Source of the DNA: a virus
Taxonomy: Duplodnaviria; Heunggongvirae; Uroviricota; Caudoviricetes
Length of the DNA stretch: 64,000 bases
IMG/VR virus record: IMGVR_UViG_3300017987_000047
Direction: 5' to 3' (one strand)
The notes beneath the pieces were generated by a model. It was not told the origin of the DNA and ran no database searches. It saw nothing but the letters and a program-made list of their open reading frames with translations. This document shows positions 17,815 through 27,856 of the stretch, piece by piece. Positions within the stretch are counted from its first letter, which is position 1. Each line of letters opens with the position of its first letter. Made by a program: the position numbers and the translations under genes.

Positions 17815-18759
17815 ATGATTAGGGTCTCAACAAAAACTCATTTTGTTTTATATGCCTATACTTATCCGGATAAAATCAAATTAGCAAAAGCAAATTTGAA
17901 ACTAAAGAAAAAAGAAAAAACAAAACTATCAATTAAAATTGGGGATACAATTCAAGGGGTCGATAAAAAGAAATCTGTAGAAGAATGTGCTTGGCTACGG
18001 ATGAATCAGCAGGGGGATGCTAACGAAAGCCAGAAAAAAATCTTATTTAAGGCATGGTTTATTGAAAAAACTTCGTACTTTCGTAGGGATAAAGATCTTC
18101 ATCGGGTACTTAAACAAAGAGGAATGCAACCAAAAGATGAATATGATGGCAAAGGGTGTGAATGGTTTAATATTTCTTACGACGGAACAAAAGAAAGCAG
18201 TATTAAAGAAATTGAAGAGTTTATAACAAGGGTGCAAAAGAAAAACCCAAGGGAAATTCTCAGACTCGAACCACTTCAAGAGAAAAAGTTAAACCAATGT
18301 CTGCTTCTCATAGACCAATTTATACAAGAAGGCAGAAGTTCCGAAATTTGTAATATCATTGCTAATCTCTGCCCAAGATTTGGAAAAACTCTTTGGGCTT
18401 TACGCCTATTCCAAGAACTTAATAAAAAATACGGGAATAATTTACTCCTTTTACCTGCCTATGCTCTTTCTTCCCATTCTTCTTTCGAGAAAGAAATTGA
18501 TAAATACGAAGATTTCCGTAACATAAGATTTATTGATATTTATGAGGAAAATTATGATTTGAAAATGGAAGATACCCTAAACTCTGGGGACCTAGCAGTT
18601 GTTTCAATTTCTTCTCATATTGATGAAGCTAAAATTGAAAGGTATTTAAAACCCATTAAAGATTACGATGATGATAAAAAGTTTGTTTTTATAGATGAGG
18701 GGGATCTGGGTATTTGGAAAGAACACGGACGCAAAGTCTTCAAGTATCTGTTTAAATAG
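17815..18759 (+). CDS. N-terminal part of a nuclease (GIY-YIG/T5orf172-like)-SF2 helicase; ends at an in-frame TAG
   Basis: KIGDT..DKDLHRVL..EWF; motif I CPRFGKT; motif II FIDEGD. Confidence 0.7.
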   Translation: MIRVSTKTHFVLYAYTYPDKIKLAKANLKLKKKEKTKLSIKIGDTIQGVDKKKSVEECAWLRMNQQGDANESQKKILFKAWFIEKTSYFRRDKDLHRVLKQRGMQPKDEYDGKGCEWFNISYDGTKESSIKEIEEFITRVQKKNPREILRLEPLQEKKLNQCLLLIDQFIQEGRSSEICNIIANLCPRFGKTLWALRLFQELNKKYGNNLLLLPAYALSSHSSFEKEIDKYEDFRNIRFIDIYEENYDLKMEDTLNSGDLAVVSISSHIDEAKIERYLKPIKDYDDDKKFVFIDEGDLGIWKEHGRKVFKYLFK

Positions 18760-18771
18760 AAAGCGAATTAC

Positions 18772-21375
18772 ATGCCAGCTATCCTTATTAACGCATCTGG
18801 AACAGGTCTTTCGAAATTAGCTCTGGGCCAAGAAGGAAAAACTTATGGGTTAATTGAAACTGCTTATTGCCAGATAGAAAAACTTCATAAAAATAGCGTC
18901 AAACGAGATTTTTACCAATTAAAATTAAACTCCGAAATTCCTGATTTAAAAAAATATATAGAAGACTCTGGAAATTTTAAATGGAAAAGAATGATTGAGG
19001 ACGTCAACAAGAATTCAAGAATTTGGAAAAAACTGTTTAGCGGATTTTTTGATTTAGATGATGAAGATTTTAAGGAGCTATCATTAAATAGAATCCTAGG
19101 AAAAACTCCGCATGTTATAAAAATCGATGTTGGTTTTATTAAAAACGAGGAGCTAGAAAAATTATACAATTTAACAAAGGACTGGTTAAAAAAATATATC
19201 GTTATCCAGCTCCAAGGGGAAGCTAATAACGATTTAAATACAAATAACAGAAACGCTGAAGATATTGTTAAAAATGCGGTTGAGGATGCTAGGGAGAAAG
19301 AAAAGCAGGGGGTGATAATCTTAGCCAGTAGTAGAATGGGTGTGAGAAGCTTCTCTGTTTCCGAAGTTGAAGCTGTTATCGAAATGTATGATAAAGGATC
19401 CCAAGAAGTTGCTTCGCAATTAATGCTTAGAGTTTGTACTCCAGGTACCTGTTATAATGGGGAAACCAAGAAGAGGGGCGCCATTATTACATTATCAATA
19501 GACCCTAATCGGGATGAAACTTTCTTATTAACATTATTGAATGAAGCTAAAATCGTTGCAAATGAAGAAAAAATTTCAATAGCGGACGCTTTAAAAGATT
19601 GGGTTTTAGATTCGATGAATATTTTTAGGGTAAATGAGGTGGGTTCCTATATAAAAATGGCCCCAGAAAAAGTTATCGAGACCCTATTAGAAAAAGAAAA
19701 TCTTTTAAGAATTGCAGAAGTAGCATCAATTTTAAAATTGGAAGATCCGAATCTTGATAAAACTATACTTTCTATTTTAGATAAAGTAAAGGATGAAAAA
19801 ACCAGGAGGAAGAAAAAAGAAAAAGTTTTGAAACCATGTAAAACCCATGGAAAGCCCGGAAATAAAGCTGGAAAAAAATCAGAAGCAGACGAAGACTTAT
19901 TAAAAGAGAGACGGAAAAAACTAGTATTTCTTAATAGACAAACAGGAATAACTGTTGCTGAGCTAGCAAATTGTGGAGCTGGTTATCGCAAATGTATTGA
20001 AATAATCCAAGCTGCCACCCCAATAAAAAAGTATTTCGAAAAATTAACGGGAATTTTAGTTGAAGAGATTATTCAATTAATAGACGCAGAATTTCTAAAT
20101 ACCCACTGGTTAGACCTTATTGTTGCAAAATCCTTTCAAGATTTTGAGCTAGAAAAACAAAGTGGAACAATTCCTTCTTGCGAACGAACAAAAAATAGAA
20201 TTTCTAATAAAAGTAACGCCGTTTTAGGGACTAGGGACGCGGAAAAATTATGGAAAAAAGCTTTAAAAGAAATTTCTTTAAAAAAGAAACAAATAAAGAT
20301 TTTAAATGTTGCTGCGGGGTATGGAACAGAAGCAAATTTACTCAAAAAGGAAATGGAAAAATCCGGATGGAATAATACAGAAATTCAAAACTCTCTATAT
20401 CTACTAGATAATGACCCTGGAATGGTAAAAAGACTTAAGGATCTTGAGTATAATAATATAATAGAAAAGGATTTTGAAAAATGGAAAACTTTAATGAAAT
20501 TCGATTATATTATTGGGAATCCCCCATATAAAAGGGGGCTTCATCTAAAATTTTTGAAGAAGGCAAGAAAACTTTTAAATGATGGGGGAAAAGCAATTTT
20601 TGTTCACCCCGCAACCTGGGTTTTGAACGAGATTCCGGGAAGCGATATTAAAAAATCTAGGGAAGAGATTGAGCCATATACTATAGGGTTTTACTTTTTC
20701 GATGGAAAAAAATATTTTCCTAAAGACGATGCAGATTTAGGAATGACTTTATCTATAACAACTATTCAATCTCGGCAGAGAGATTCAAAAATTAAGGTAG
20801 AATTTGAAGACTTAAAGAAGTATAGTAAATACGAAGTAAATTCTTTCGATGAAATTAATAAATATGGTAATAACCCTTTCTATAAATCCTTAAAAAAGAA
20901 AATTCTAAAAGAAGTAACTAACAAAGGATCCCTAGCTGAAAATTTGAATCGGGGAGGAAAGTATTACGTTTATATTTGCAATATAATTGGAACACAAGAA
21001 AACAACCAGTGGGGAGGAAATTCTAGATTTTTTACTTTCTTCGCAGAGGAGCTCTCAAAAAAAGCAGGAATAAAAGCGAAGGTGTATTTGAAGAAACCAG
21101 ATAAAGCATCAACAAGATATATCGGATTTGAAACTTTGGAAGAAGCTAAAAATTGTATTTCTTATCTTAAGACTTTCTTCGCAAGATTTTGCCTAAGCAT
21201 CGCTAAATTTGATAGAACAATTAATAAAATAACGTTAACTTTAATTCCCTGGCAAAATTTCAAACAGCCCTGGTCCGATGAAAAACTTTTTAATCAGTCT
21301 AATTTATCAAAAAAAGAAATTATTTTTATTAAGAATACAATTCCAAAAGCTTATAATGACGTAGAGCTAAAATGA
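18772..21375 (+). CDS. Helicase C-terminal part fused to an Eco57I-type N6-adenine DNA methyltransferase
   Basis: Same frame as the upstream ORF; ASGT (motif III-like), NVAAGYG (SAM-binding), IIGNPPY (motif IV). Confidence 0.75.
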   Translation: MPAILINASGTGLSKLALGQEGKTYGLIETAYCQIEKLHKNSVKRDFYQLKLNSEIPDLKKYIEDSGNFKWKRMIEDVNKNSRIWKKLFSGFFDLDDEDFKELSLNRILGKTPHVIKIDVGFIKNEELEKLYNLTKDWLKKYIVIQLQGEANNDLNTNNRNAEDIVKNAVEDAREKEKQGVIILASSRMGVRSFSVSEVEAVIEMYDKGSQEVASQLMLRVCTPGTCYNGETKKRGAIITLSIDPNRDETFLLTLLNEAKIVANEEKISIADALKDWVLDSMNIFRVNEVGSYIKMAPEKVIETLLEKENLLRIAEVASILKLEDPNLDKTILSILDKVKDEKTRRKKKEKVLKPCKTHGKPGNKAGKKSEADEDLLKERRKKLVFLNRQTGITVAELANCGAGYRKCIEIIQAATPIKKYFEKLTGILVEEIIQLIDAEFLNTHWLDLIVAKSFQDFELEKQSGTIPSCERTKNRISNKSNAVLGTRDAEKLWKKALKEISLKKKQIKILNVAAGYGTEANLLKKEMEKSGWNNTEIQNSLYLLDNDPGMVKRLKDLEYNNIIEKDFEKWKTLMKFDYIIGNPPYKRGLHLKFLKKARKLLNDGGKAIFVHPATWVLNEIPGSDIKKSREEIEPYTIGFYFFDGKKYFPKDDADLGMTLSITTIQSRQRDSKIKVEFEDLKKYSKYEVNSFDEINKYGNNPFYKSLKKKILKEVTNKGSLAENLNRGGKYYVYICNIIGTQENNQWGGNSRFFTFFAEELSKKAGIKAKVYLKKPDKASTRYIGFETLEEAKNCISYLKTFFARFCLSIAKFDRTINKITLTLIPWQNFKQPWSDEKLFNQSNLSKKEIIFIKNTIPKAYNDVELK

Positions 21376-21926
21376 AAACCCCAAAGAGAACACAAGAAAC
21401 CGGAGAAGTTTTTACTCCAAATACCTTAGTCCTGCAAATGTTAAAACAGGATAGTTCAAAAACTTTTCTCGACAACTCCTGTGGCAACGGTCAATTCCTT
21501 ATTCAAATTCTTAAACAAAAACTTAAATACCATAGCATTGAAGATTCTCTTTCAACAATCTATGGCGTCGACTTAATGGCAGATAATATCTGTGATACAA
21601 TTGCACGCTTAATTTTCTATAAAAACCTCCAAGAAGATATTTTTGATGAAAAAGGGCAACCTAATCCAGATTTAGATTTTGATGGGTATGATGATCACAA
21701 TTCATTTGAGATTTTGAGAGATAATAAGTTCAAGCGAAAATACGACTTCAAGAATAATACAATACTTGTCCGGAACAAAAAAAACAAGTGGTGGCTTTTA
21801 GAATATCGCTTTAATAAAGAAAGATGGCAGAATTTACCAAATATTATATGCGCAGACGCCCTAAAATACCATTATCGGTTTGACAACTCCTATCCCTACG
21901 ACGGGGAAGAAGAAGACTTGATTTAA
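21372..21926 (+). CDS. Small SAM-dependent DNA methyltransferase-like partner
   Basis: GEVFTP, FLDNSCGNGQFL, IYGVDL, NIICADAL; no NPPY. Confidence 0.75.
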   Translation: MKTPKRTQETGEVFTPNTLVLQMLKQDSSKTFLDNSCGNGQFLIQILKQKLKYHSIEDSLSTIYGVDLMADNICDTIARLIFYKNLQEDIFDEKGQPNPDLDFDGYDDHNSFEILRDNKFKRKYDFKNNTILVRNKKNKWWLLEYRFNKERWQNLPNIICADALKYHYRFDNSYPYDGEEEDLI

Positions 21927-21930
21927 ACTC

Positions 21931-22039
21931 TTCTCCACAACTTACCTCCTATGGCTTTTGTATAATATACATGCTGCTTTGCGCAAACTGCCACGCAGAG
22001 ACACATCACCCCAACTTAATAATGGAGGATTAGGAGACG
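21931..22039. repeat. Diverged ~110-nt direct repeat, copy 2 (includes HNH C-terminal remnant)
   Basis: + strand 21971-22033 reads MLLCANCHAETHHPNLIMED*. Confidence 0.75.
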
Positions 22040-23674
22040 ATGAAATTATTAAGTATCCTAAAAAATTGGCTTATTCAAAGAAAAATGAATAACCTAAAAA
22101 CTTGGATTCTAGCTATAAATTCAGCTATAGCTCAACTTGATTGTGTGCGGAGGTCAATTACAATTCAAAACTTATTCCCGGGAGAAACGAAAGAATTTTA
22201 TGAAAAATATTTTCGAGCTGAACTCTCCAATCTTTTTGGAGCTGTGCTTGAAAGCTCTACCTTAAAAAGGATAAAGCACTTAGAATTTATTGATGCTACC
22301 GCCGCTATCAACAATATTAACTTTTGGTTAAGGCATCCCAAATTAAAAGAAATTCTAGAAGAACTTTCGGAATCAGTTATTGATATTTATTTACAAGCAA
22401 AATGTAATGATTTTCTCTATCATTTAACTGGAGACCCTCAAAAGCTTTCAAAAGCAATAAATCAGTATTTAGGTTTGGCAGAAAAAGAGGAAGAAATAGA
22501 AACAAAATATGCTTCTATCTTTAGAGCTCTTAGCCTCGTTTATATTTCTCGGCTAAATCTTTTTGATCTAGATATAAGTATGCTTGAAAAGCTAAAAACC
22601 GCCCTTGAAAAAATTGACCCCGGTCGAATTAAGTCTAATTATTTTGAAGCTCTTTTTGAAGTTGAGATCAAAGACGAATGGGACGGTACTCAGAAAAAAC
22701 TCACACAAATTCAAAGAGCTAAAGACCCCAAAGAAAGGAATACAGCAGAAACTAAAGTTTTGGAAGAATGGAGCGAATGGAAAGCTAAGAAAGCAAAAGA
22801 AACTATTGATAGAGATATCGCTTTTATTGGTGATCTGATAATGCTGTTACAGCAAAAACAGAATATTTTAAAAATGTTAAAAGATAAAACATTTTTTGGG
22901 TTTCTTAAATCGGAAGAATTCCATTTATTAGAAAAGACCTTTACTGGGCCAACCGAGAAGCTCATAATATATGCTTTTATTCTTAAGATTAAAAACCAAA
23001 AGGTTCCGGAGATTTCACAGAGTCGGCTAAGTCACTTATTTCCACTAACGCAATATAAATTGGAAAATTTCTATAACTCTAAAAGACCGAATTCCCATTT
23101 AATTGAAATTTTCCTAAGAGATAGATTTTTAAATTTATCTACGTTTTCAAAAAGAACGGGAATAGCTTTTTTGCAAGGGATAGAGATAGATAGGGAAAAT
23201 CAAACCAATCCTTTGCTTGGTGCCCTAGTCGAAAAAGTTATTGAGCTGGACGCAGGCCACCCAGCATTGGAAAAGTTTTTGCGCTATACCCTATGTAAAT
23301 CGACACAGGATAGTTCCGAGAGCCCTCATATGAATAATTCTTTTACAATGTTGAAAAATATTAGAAATGTTGAAAGCCATGGTTTTGCAATTAATTTGTT
23401 TACAACAAAGCAAATTGTAGAATGGGAAGAGCATGAAATTTTTTCTGCCATAAAACTTATTTTATTTGAACTTAATAAGTTTTTTGCAGAGCAAGAAGAA
23501 GCAAAATTGGGAGAAGCAAAACGTAAAGAAATAGAAGAAATAGAAGAAACAGGAACTTTTTCAAACAGCTCAATCCTTAGTTCAGAAGAAATAGAAAGAG
23601 CTTTAGAGAAATTCTCAACAACTCTCAACAACTCTCTAACAATCTCAAAGACAAACAATCATCAAAATGAATAA
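22040..23674 (+). CDS. Hypothetical helical protein
   Basis: AGGAG SD, 544 aa, AT-rich. Confidence 0.8.
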   Translation: MKLLSILKNWLIQRKMNNLKTWILAINSAIAQLDCVRRSITIQNLFPGETKEFYEKYFRAELSNLFGAVLESSTLKRIKHLEFIDATAAINNINFWLRHPKLKEILEELSESVIDIYLQAKCNDFLYHLTGDPQKLSKAINQYLGLAEKEEEIETKYASIFRALSLVYISRLNLFDLDISMLEKLKTALEKIDPGRIKSNYFEALFEVEIKDEWDGTQKKLTQIQRAKDPKERNTAETKVLEEWSEWKAKKAKETIDRDIAFIGDLIMLLQQKQNILKMLKDKTFFGFLKSEEFHLLEKTFTGPTEKLIIYAFILKIKNQKVPEISQSRLSHLFPLTQYKLENFYNSKRPNSHLIEIFLRDRFLNLSTFSKRTGIAFLQGIEIDRENQTNPLLGALVEKVIELDAGHPALEKFLRYTLCKSTQDSSESPHMNNSFTMLKNIRNVESHGFAINLFTTKQIVEWEEHEIFSAIKLILFELNKFFAEQEEAKLGEAKRKEIEEIEETGTFSNSSILSSEEIERALEKFSTTLNNSLTISKTNNHQNE

Positions 23675-23891
23675 TACAGAATTGAAAAAATACATTGAAA
23701 AAACGAACATCAGGCTTGCCTTAGGTTACGAAGAAACTATTTTCTTTAATTATGGTTTGTTATTGGGCCTTTTCCATGCTGGGAATATTAACAAATCACA
23801 ATATAAGATGTTCAAAAAAGTCTATGCCAACGAAGAGAACGGAGATCTTAGCTATACAATTGACACTAAAGGAAAACTAATTAAGAATTAA
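23667..23891 (+). CDS. Hypothetical protein
   Basis: Overlapping ORF. Confidence 0.65.
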   Translation: MNNTELKKYIEKTNIRLALGYEETIFFNYGLLLGLFHAGNINKSQYKMFKKVYANEENGDLSYTIDTKGKLIKN

Positions 23892-23930
23892 CGTATAAAG
23901 GGTCGTGGAAACCCTCTCAAATCCCAAACC

Positions 23931-24404
23931 ATGGAAAATAGCAAAATGAAAAAGCTTAGTTTGATTCTGTTTCTGCTTCTAATTTCTTGCGGGTTTCACT
24001 ACGACTACCACCAGGAAATCCAGATCGACCAACTGTTCTTGGAGGGGGCTAACTTACGTATTGTTCATATGGAAGGGGATCTTCTCCAGACCACGCTTAT
24101 TAGTGGGTGGGGGAATGAACACCACCCCAGGATAAAGTCTGAATTTGATGCTTGCCTAGAAACTATTCCTGCTTCCGTTTTGGAGAAGTTCTCTCAACCT
24201 CCGGCATATTTCGGGTTTATTATCTTAAAGGACCTTGCTGAGGATCAAAAACCTTATGCTCTCATATTACATTTTAGTGGGGAAGGAAAACGCAACTATG
24301 CGGAGATACATCTTCGGGAGGAAGATGCTTTAGAGGGAGGGGTTGCTGGTTATGGTAAATTCGGCTGTGCTCATCTCTCTGAAATTGACCTAGGGGAACA
24401 GTAG
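23931..24404 (+). CDS. Putative lipoprotein
   Basis: MKKLSLILFLLLISC lipobox. Confidence 0.65.
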   Translation: MENSKMKKLSLILFLLLISCGFHYDYHQEIQIDQLFLEGANLRIVHMEGDLLQTTLISGWGNEHHPRIKSEFDACLETIPASVLEKFSQPPAYFGFIILKDLAEDQKPYALILHFSGEGKRNYAEIHLREEDALEGGVAGYGKFGCAHLSEIDLGEQ

Positions 24405-24431
24405 TCTCCAATAAACACGGAAGGTAAGAAA

Positions 24432-24635
24432 ATGTCTTTGAACAGGGAGAAGCGCCTACCAAAAGAGGTAGGGATAGAGGTTGTGAAAGCCTTTGTGGGT
24501 ACTGGCACAAGGTTTGAGTTTAGTGCCACTGATAGCCAAGCCATCCTTAAGTATAATTCTGGGGATGAATTGTTGTTACGCCATGCTATTGGTAAGACTG
24601 GTTATCGTGATCCTGATGATCCTTCGGATAGATAG
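24432..24635 (+). CDS. Hypothetical protein
   Basis: Small ORF within the gene run. Confidence 0.6.
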   Translation: MSLNREKRLPKEVGIEVVKAFVGTGTRFEFSATDSQAILKYNSGDELLLRHAIGKTGYRDPDDPSDR

Positions 24636-24643
24636 GGGGTAAC

Positions 24644-24904
24644 ATGCTCTCAAAAACTATCAAGCTTGACCTAGGAAACTTCTCAAAAACTTCTTTAGAC
24701 TCTCAATTCCCTAAAAGAAGAAAAATTCGCTACCTTAGGATTAATCATAATACTTATAGAAGTTTCTTGCTTTTCTTAGGGCCTGAGCTTGACCTTATAT
24801 GTTTACCTCAAAAATATAGGAGAGGGCGTGTTGCACATTATAGGGGAGCGAAGCTTCAGATCGAGAATAATCTTTCTGATGGTGAAATCAATTTCATAGT
24901 ATAA
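24644..24904 (+). CDS. Hypothetical protein
   Basis: GGGGGT SD. Confidence 0.65.
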   Translation: MLSKTIKLDLGNFSKTSLDSQFPKRRKIRYLRINHNTYRSFLLFLGPELDLICLPQKYRRGRVAHYRGAKLQIENNLSDGEINFIV

Positions 24905-24909
24905 AATTC

Positions 24910-25167
24910 ATGACAAAACTAACAAAGTGTGAAGATTCGCTAATGTTCTTTTGCCCTGGTTGTGGTTCCTACCACTCCTTTCGGGTACCACAATGGAAAT
25001 GGGATGGGGATATGGAGAAACCTACTTTCTCGCCCTCTCTGCTAATCAATAAAAACATTCCGGCGCAAAGATGCCATTTATTTATTGAGAATGGGAAGCT
25101 TCGATTTTTAGAAGATTGTTTCCATCATTTAGCGGGTCAAACTATCGATATGGAAGAAGAGGATTAA
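24910..25167 (+). CDS. DUF6527-like zinc-binding protein
   Basis: FCPGCG..H..WxWDGD.EKPTFSPSLL..RCHLFI..G..FLxDCxH. Confidence 0.7.
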   Translation: MTKLTKCEDSLMFFCPGCGSYHSFRVPQWKWDGDMEKPTFSPSLLINKNIPAQRCHLFIENGKLRFLEDCFHHLAGQTIDMEEED

Positions 25168-25169
25168 AT

Positions 25170-25376
25170 ATGTTAAACGAACTGATCGCTGGATTAATTC
25201 TTGGAGTTCTTTGCGTAGGGGTTATCCTACATTTTCTTTGGATGTTATTTTGGTCTAAGGATGCTCGAGCTCTTCGTCGTAAGGCTCAAAGAACTCGTCG
25301 GGCTGAACAACTCTTGGATGAAAAACGGTATCGCGACGCTTTGGTTGAGCTTGGGGTCCTAAACCCCCAAGATTAA
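25170..25376 (+). CDS. Small membrane protein
   Basis: N-terminal hydrophobic helix. Confidence 0.65.
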   Translation: MLNELIAGLILGVLCVGVILHFLWMLFWSKDARALRRKAQRTRRAEQLLDEKRYRDALVELGVLNPQD

Positions 25377-25393
25377 CTTTTAGGGAGTTAGCA

Positions 25394-26014
25394 ATGTTCG
25401 ACAAATCAAAAGCACATTTACATCTCGACCCTTTTCTTATTCCTACTGAAATCTGTGATTCAGATAACGAATTGATTTTCTGCAAGGCTAAGGATATCAT
25501 AGGGAGGACAAAGGATATCAAAGTTGCGGCAAACCATATTTGTGAGTGGATGCGCGAAGAGATCACATATACTTTCGATTTTTGCTCTGTTAAAGCTAGT
25601 CAAACGCTTTTGAAACGGGAAGGTATGTGTACGAATAAGGCTAACTTGCAGATAGCTTTATTAAGAAGTTTGGGTATACCTGCTGGTTATGGTATTGTTC
25701 ATATCACTAAACAAGTCTTCGAGCGGGACGTAGTGCCTGAGATATATGAAAAGATTTCAGAGCCTACTACGCATGTCTTTGCTTGTGTTTGGGATCCTGA
25801 GTTTGATCGTTTTTGCTATCATGATTCTACGGAGAGGGGAAAGGATTTTCTAGATTTCATGGTAGTTTTGCCTACGGGGGAAATTAGGTACCAGGATCGT
25901 TGGTTAAGGGGAGGTATCCACATTCACTCTAACTTAGATCATTTATTCAAAATGCCCTCGAGATGGTCTCGGGAAGAGTTTGAGAAGCAAAACATTGAAT
26001 ATCGGAAGGGGTAG
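25394..26014 (+). CDS. Transglutaminase-like (Cys-His-Asp) protein
   Basis: GMCTNKANLQIALLRSLGIPAGY..HVFACVW..HDST. Confidence 0.8.
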   Translation: MFDKSKAHLHLDPFLIPTEICDSDNELIFCKAKDIIGRTKDIKVAANHICEWMREEITYTFDFCSVKASQTLLKREGMCTNKANLQIALLRSLGIPAGYGIVHITKQVFERDVVPEIYEKISEPTTHVFACVWDPEFDRFCYHDSTERGKDFLDFMVVLPTGEIRYQDRWLRGGIHIHSNLDHLFKMPSRWSREEFEKQNIEYRKG

Positions 26015-26061
26015 TGAAAAAGATAAGTTTTTGAAAACAGAGTTGCTTTAAGGAAGGTAGA

Positions 26062-26238
26062 ATGAAGTATTATTATTTTGTAAAAGCTTACGAAACTCAT
26101 ACAGAGTGGGTTGTATCTACTCGAAGTCCTTTTTTGCTTATGGCCCAGGATAGAAACAGCAGTAAAACTCCTTATCATATTATTTTTTCTGTAGAGATAT
26201 CTAAAAAAGAATATGAAGCTCTTCGTTCTATAAGGTAG
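26062..26238 (+). CDS. Small hypothetical protein (58 aa; absent from the ORF track)
   Basis: AGGAAGG SD, ATG 26062 to TAG 26238. Confidence 0.55.
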   Translation: MKYYYFVKAYETHTEWVVSTRSPFLLMAQDRNSSKTPYHIIFSVEISKKEYEALRSIR

Positions 26239-26254
26239 GCTTCAAGGAAAATGA

Positions 26255-26839
26255 ATGGCATTTACCTGCATTAAAATAATTGATAGCCAGGTTAGAATCC
26301 AACATGGCTTTCGGATTCTTCTTTTTTACCAGAACTCCCAAGGCTGGAAGAAACTTTTCGTTAAACTTGACGAGAAAGTGCAATCTTGGGTATATTTAGA
26401 GTTTCAAGCTGGAATCTGCCAACTATTAACTCACTCCTTACCTGAAGTGCGGCAACTAGCAAAGAAGATAAACCAAAGGGGCTTTGAATATTTTGATGCC
26501 TTGTGGGATTTACGCTTTGAATTAGGCCCTCAATGCTATACTCAATTCAAAGCAAGGGGGGATACTCTTCTTTATTACGTGAGGCATAAACAGGAGAAGA
26601 TCTTTTTTGACCCATATTTAGGCCCAGCTTTGACAGGACCGACAGGACTGACAGGTTTGACAGGACCGACAGGACCGACAGGTTTGACACCAACAGGCCG
26701 TCTCAGCTCAAAAACACCTAATCTTTCTCCTCAAATTTTAAAACCCCAGAAAAAACAAAGCCCCTGTCTTCAAAACATTGGCCCTGCAGCCCCTTCACGA
26801 AGTCGGGGAATATGGCAAAAGATATTCCGGAGAAGATAG
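26255..26839 (+). CDS. LT-box protein with a short collagen-like repeat; paralog of 32605
   Basis: LLTHSLPEVRQLAK; TGP/TGL repeats from a 9-bp tandem repeat at ~26630-26700. Confidence 0.8.
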   Translation: MAFTCIKIIDSQVRIQHGFRILLFYQNSQGWKKLFVKLDEKVQSWVYLEFQAGICQLLTHSLPEVRQLAKKINQRGFEYFDALWDLRFELGPQCYTQFKARGDTLLYYVRHKQEKIFFDPYLGPALTGPTGLTGLTGPTGPTGLTPTGRLSSKTPNLSPQILKPQKKQSPCLQNIGPAAPSRSRGIWQKIFRRR

Positions 26840-26881
26840 TTTCTTGTACTTTGTATATAAAACCAAGGTGAAGCTGAAGCA

Positions 26882-27283
26882 GTGGAAAAACTGATCACGC
26901 CAACAACGATGTACTTACTAACTTTTAAACAAAGCCCCTGTCTTTCCTTGACGGGTTGGGATGAAATCCTTCACTTCTTTAAGGATTATCCGACAAAGGA
27001 CGAAATACGGATTTGTTTTCTCAAGGCATTGAAAGACTACATTCTCTATTATGATATGGATCCAAACAAGGTTGGGATTCGGGAAGATGCTTTTCGTAAT
27101 TCTTTCACTTTAATTAATAAAGACAAAACTGAGAGAGTTTCAGAAGAAGGGGAGATTGTTCTTTTCGGGGATGTTCGCTTCTCAGTTGAAAAGGTTAAAA
27201 CGGAAACATCGAGAAAGTTGGAATCATTTCTCACAGATGATTTTGCTTGTATTCGTAAATTCGTTAAGGGGCTAAAAGATTAG
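26882..27283 (+). CDS. LT-box protein
   Basis: FLTDDFACIRKFVK. Confidence 0.75.
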   Translation: MEKLITPTTMYLLTFKQSPCLSLTGWDEILHFFKDYPTKDEIRICFLKALKDYILYYDMDPNKVGIREDAFRNSFTLINKDKTERVSEEGEIVLFGDVRFSVEKVKTETSRKLESFLTDDFACIRKFVKGLKD

Positions 27284-27374
27284 TGAAGATCGAAGCAAAT
27301 GTAAAGTGTAATATAAATTAGGTTAAATGGGTTGCCTTCAAAAACCTAACACACACATACAAAAGGAAAAAATC

Positions 27375-27776
27375 ATGTCAAACTCAGGTAAAACTCCCTA
27401 CGAAATCCGCTTAGAACTACTAAAAATGTCCAAAGATCTCCTCATGGAGGAATTCTATGCTCATCGGGATATCGAAGAGAGAAATTGGACTGCCAGAATG
27501 GACGACTATCATTATTATAGGGAACATGGAGCTGAAGTAGAACGAGCAAAATACCCATTCCCGAAAGACCTTGTTATCCCGAAAGCCCCAACAGAAGCTG
27601 AGATTATCGCTAGGGCTAGGACCTTAAATGAATTTATTGGTGGGGATGGAAAAAACGTACCAAAGGATGAGAACGTAACAAGGGACGAGAATAGGGATGC
27701 TGGAAGAGGAAGAGGCGGCCAAGGGAGAGGTGGACAGGGAAGCTGTGGTCAAGGAAGATGGAGAAATCCTAGATAA
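27375..27776 (+). CDS. Phage hypothetical protein with an RGG-rich tail
   Basis: KTPYEIRLELLKM N-terminus; GRGRGGQGRGG tail. Confidence 0.7.
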   Translation: MSNSGKTPYEIRLELLKMSKDLLMEEFYAHRDIEERNWTARMDDYHYYREHGAEVERAKYPFPKDLVIPKAPTEAEIIARARTLNEFIGGDGKNVPKDENVTRDENRDAGRGRGGQGRGGQGSCGQGRWRNPR

Positions 27777-27794
27777 GCTTCAAGGAAGAGTTTT

Positions 27795-27830
27795 AAAATA
27801 ACTACCTAATCATTTGGGTAGTTATTTTTT
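27795..27830 (+). terminator. Intrinsic terminator
   Basis: AAAATAACTACCTA/TGGGTAGTTATTTT followed by a U tract. Confidence 0.8.
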
Positions 27831-27856
27831 TGCTTTCTTCTCGTAAAACTAAAAAT

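Noticed and set aside
24910-26014. DUF6527 plus transglutaminase as a ubiquitin-like conjugation operon
   Set aside because: No E1, E2, JAB or ubiquitin-like gene is recognisable in the window.
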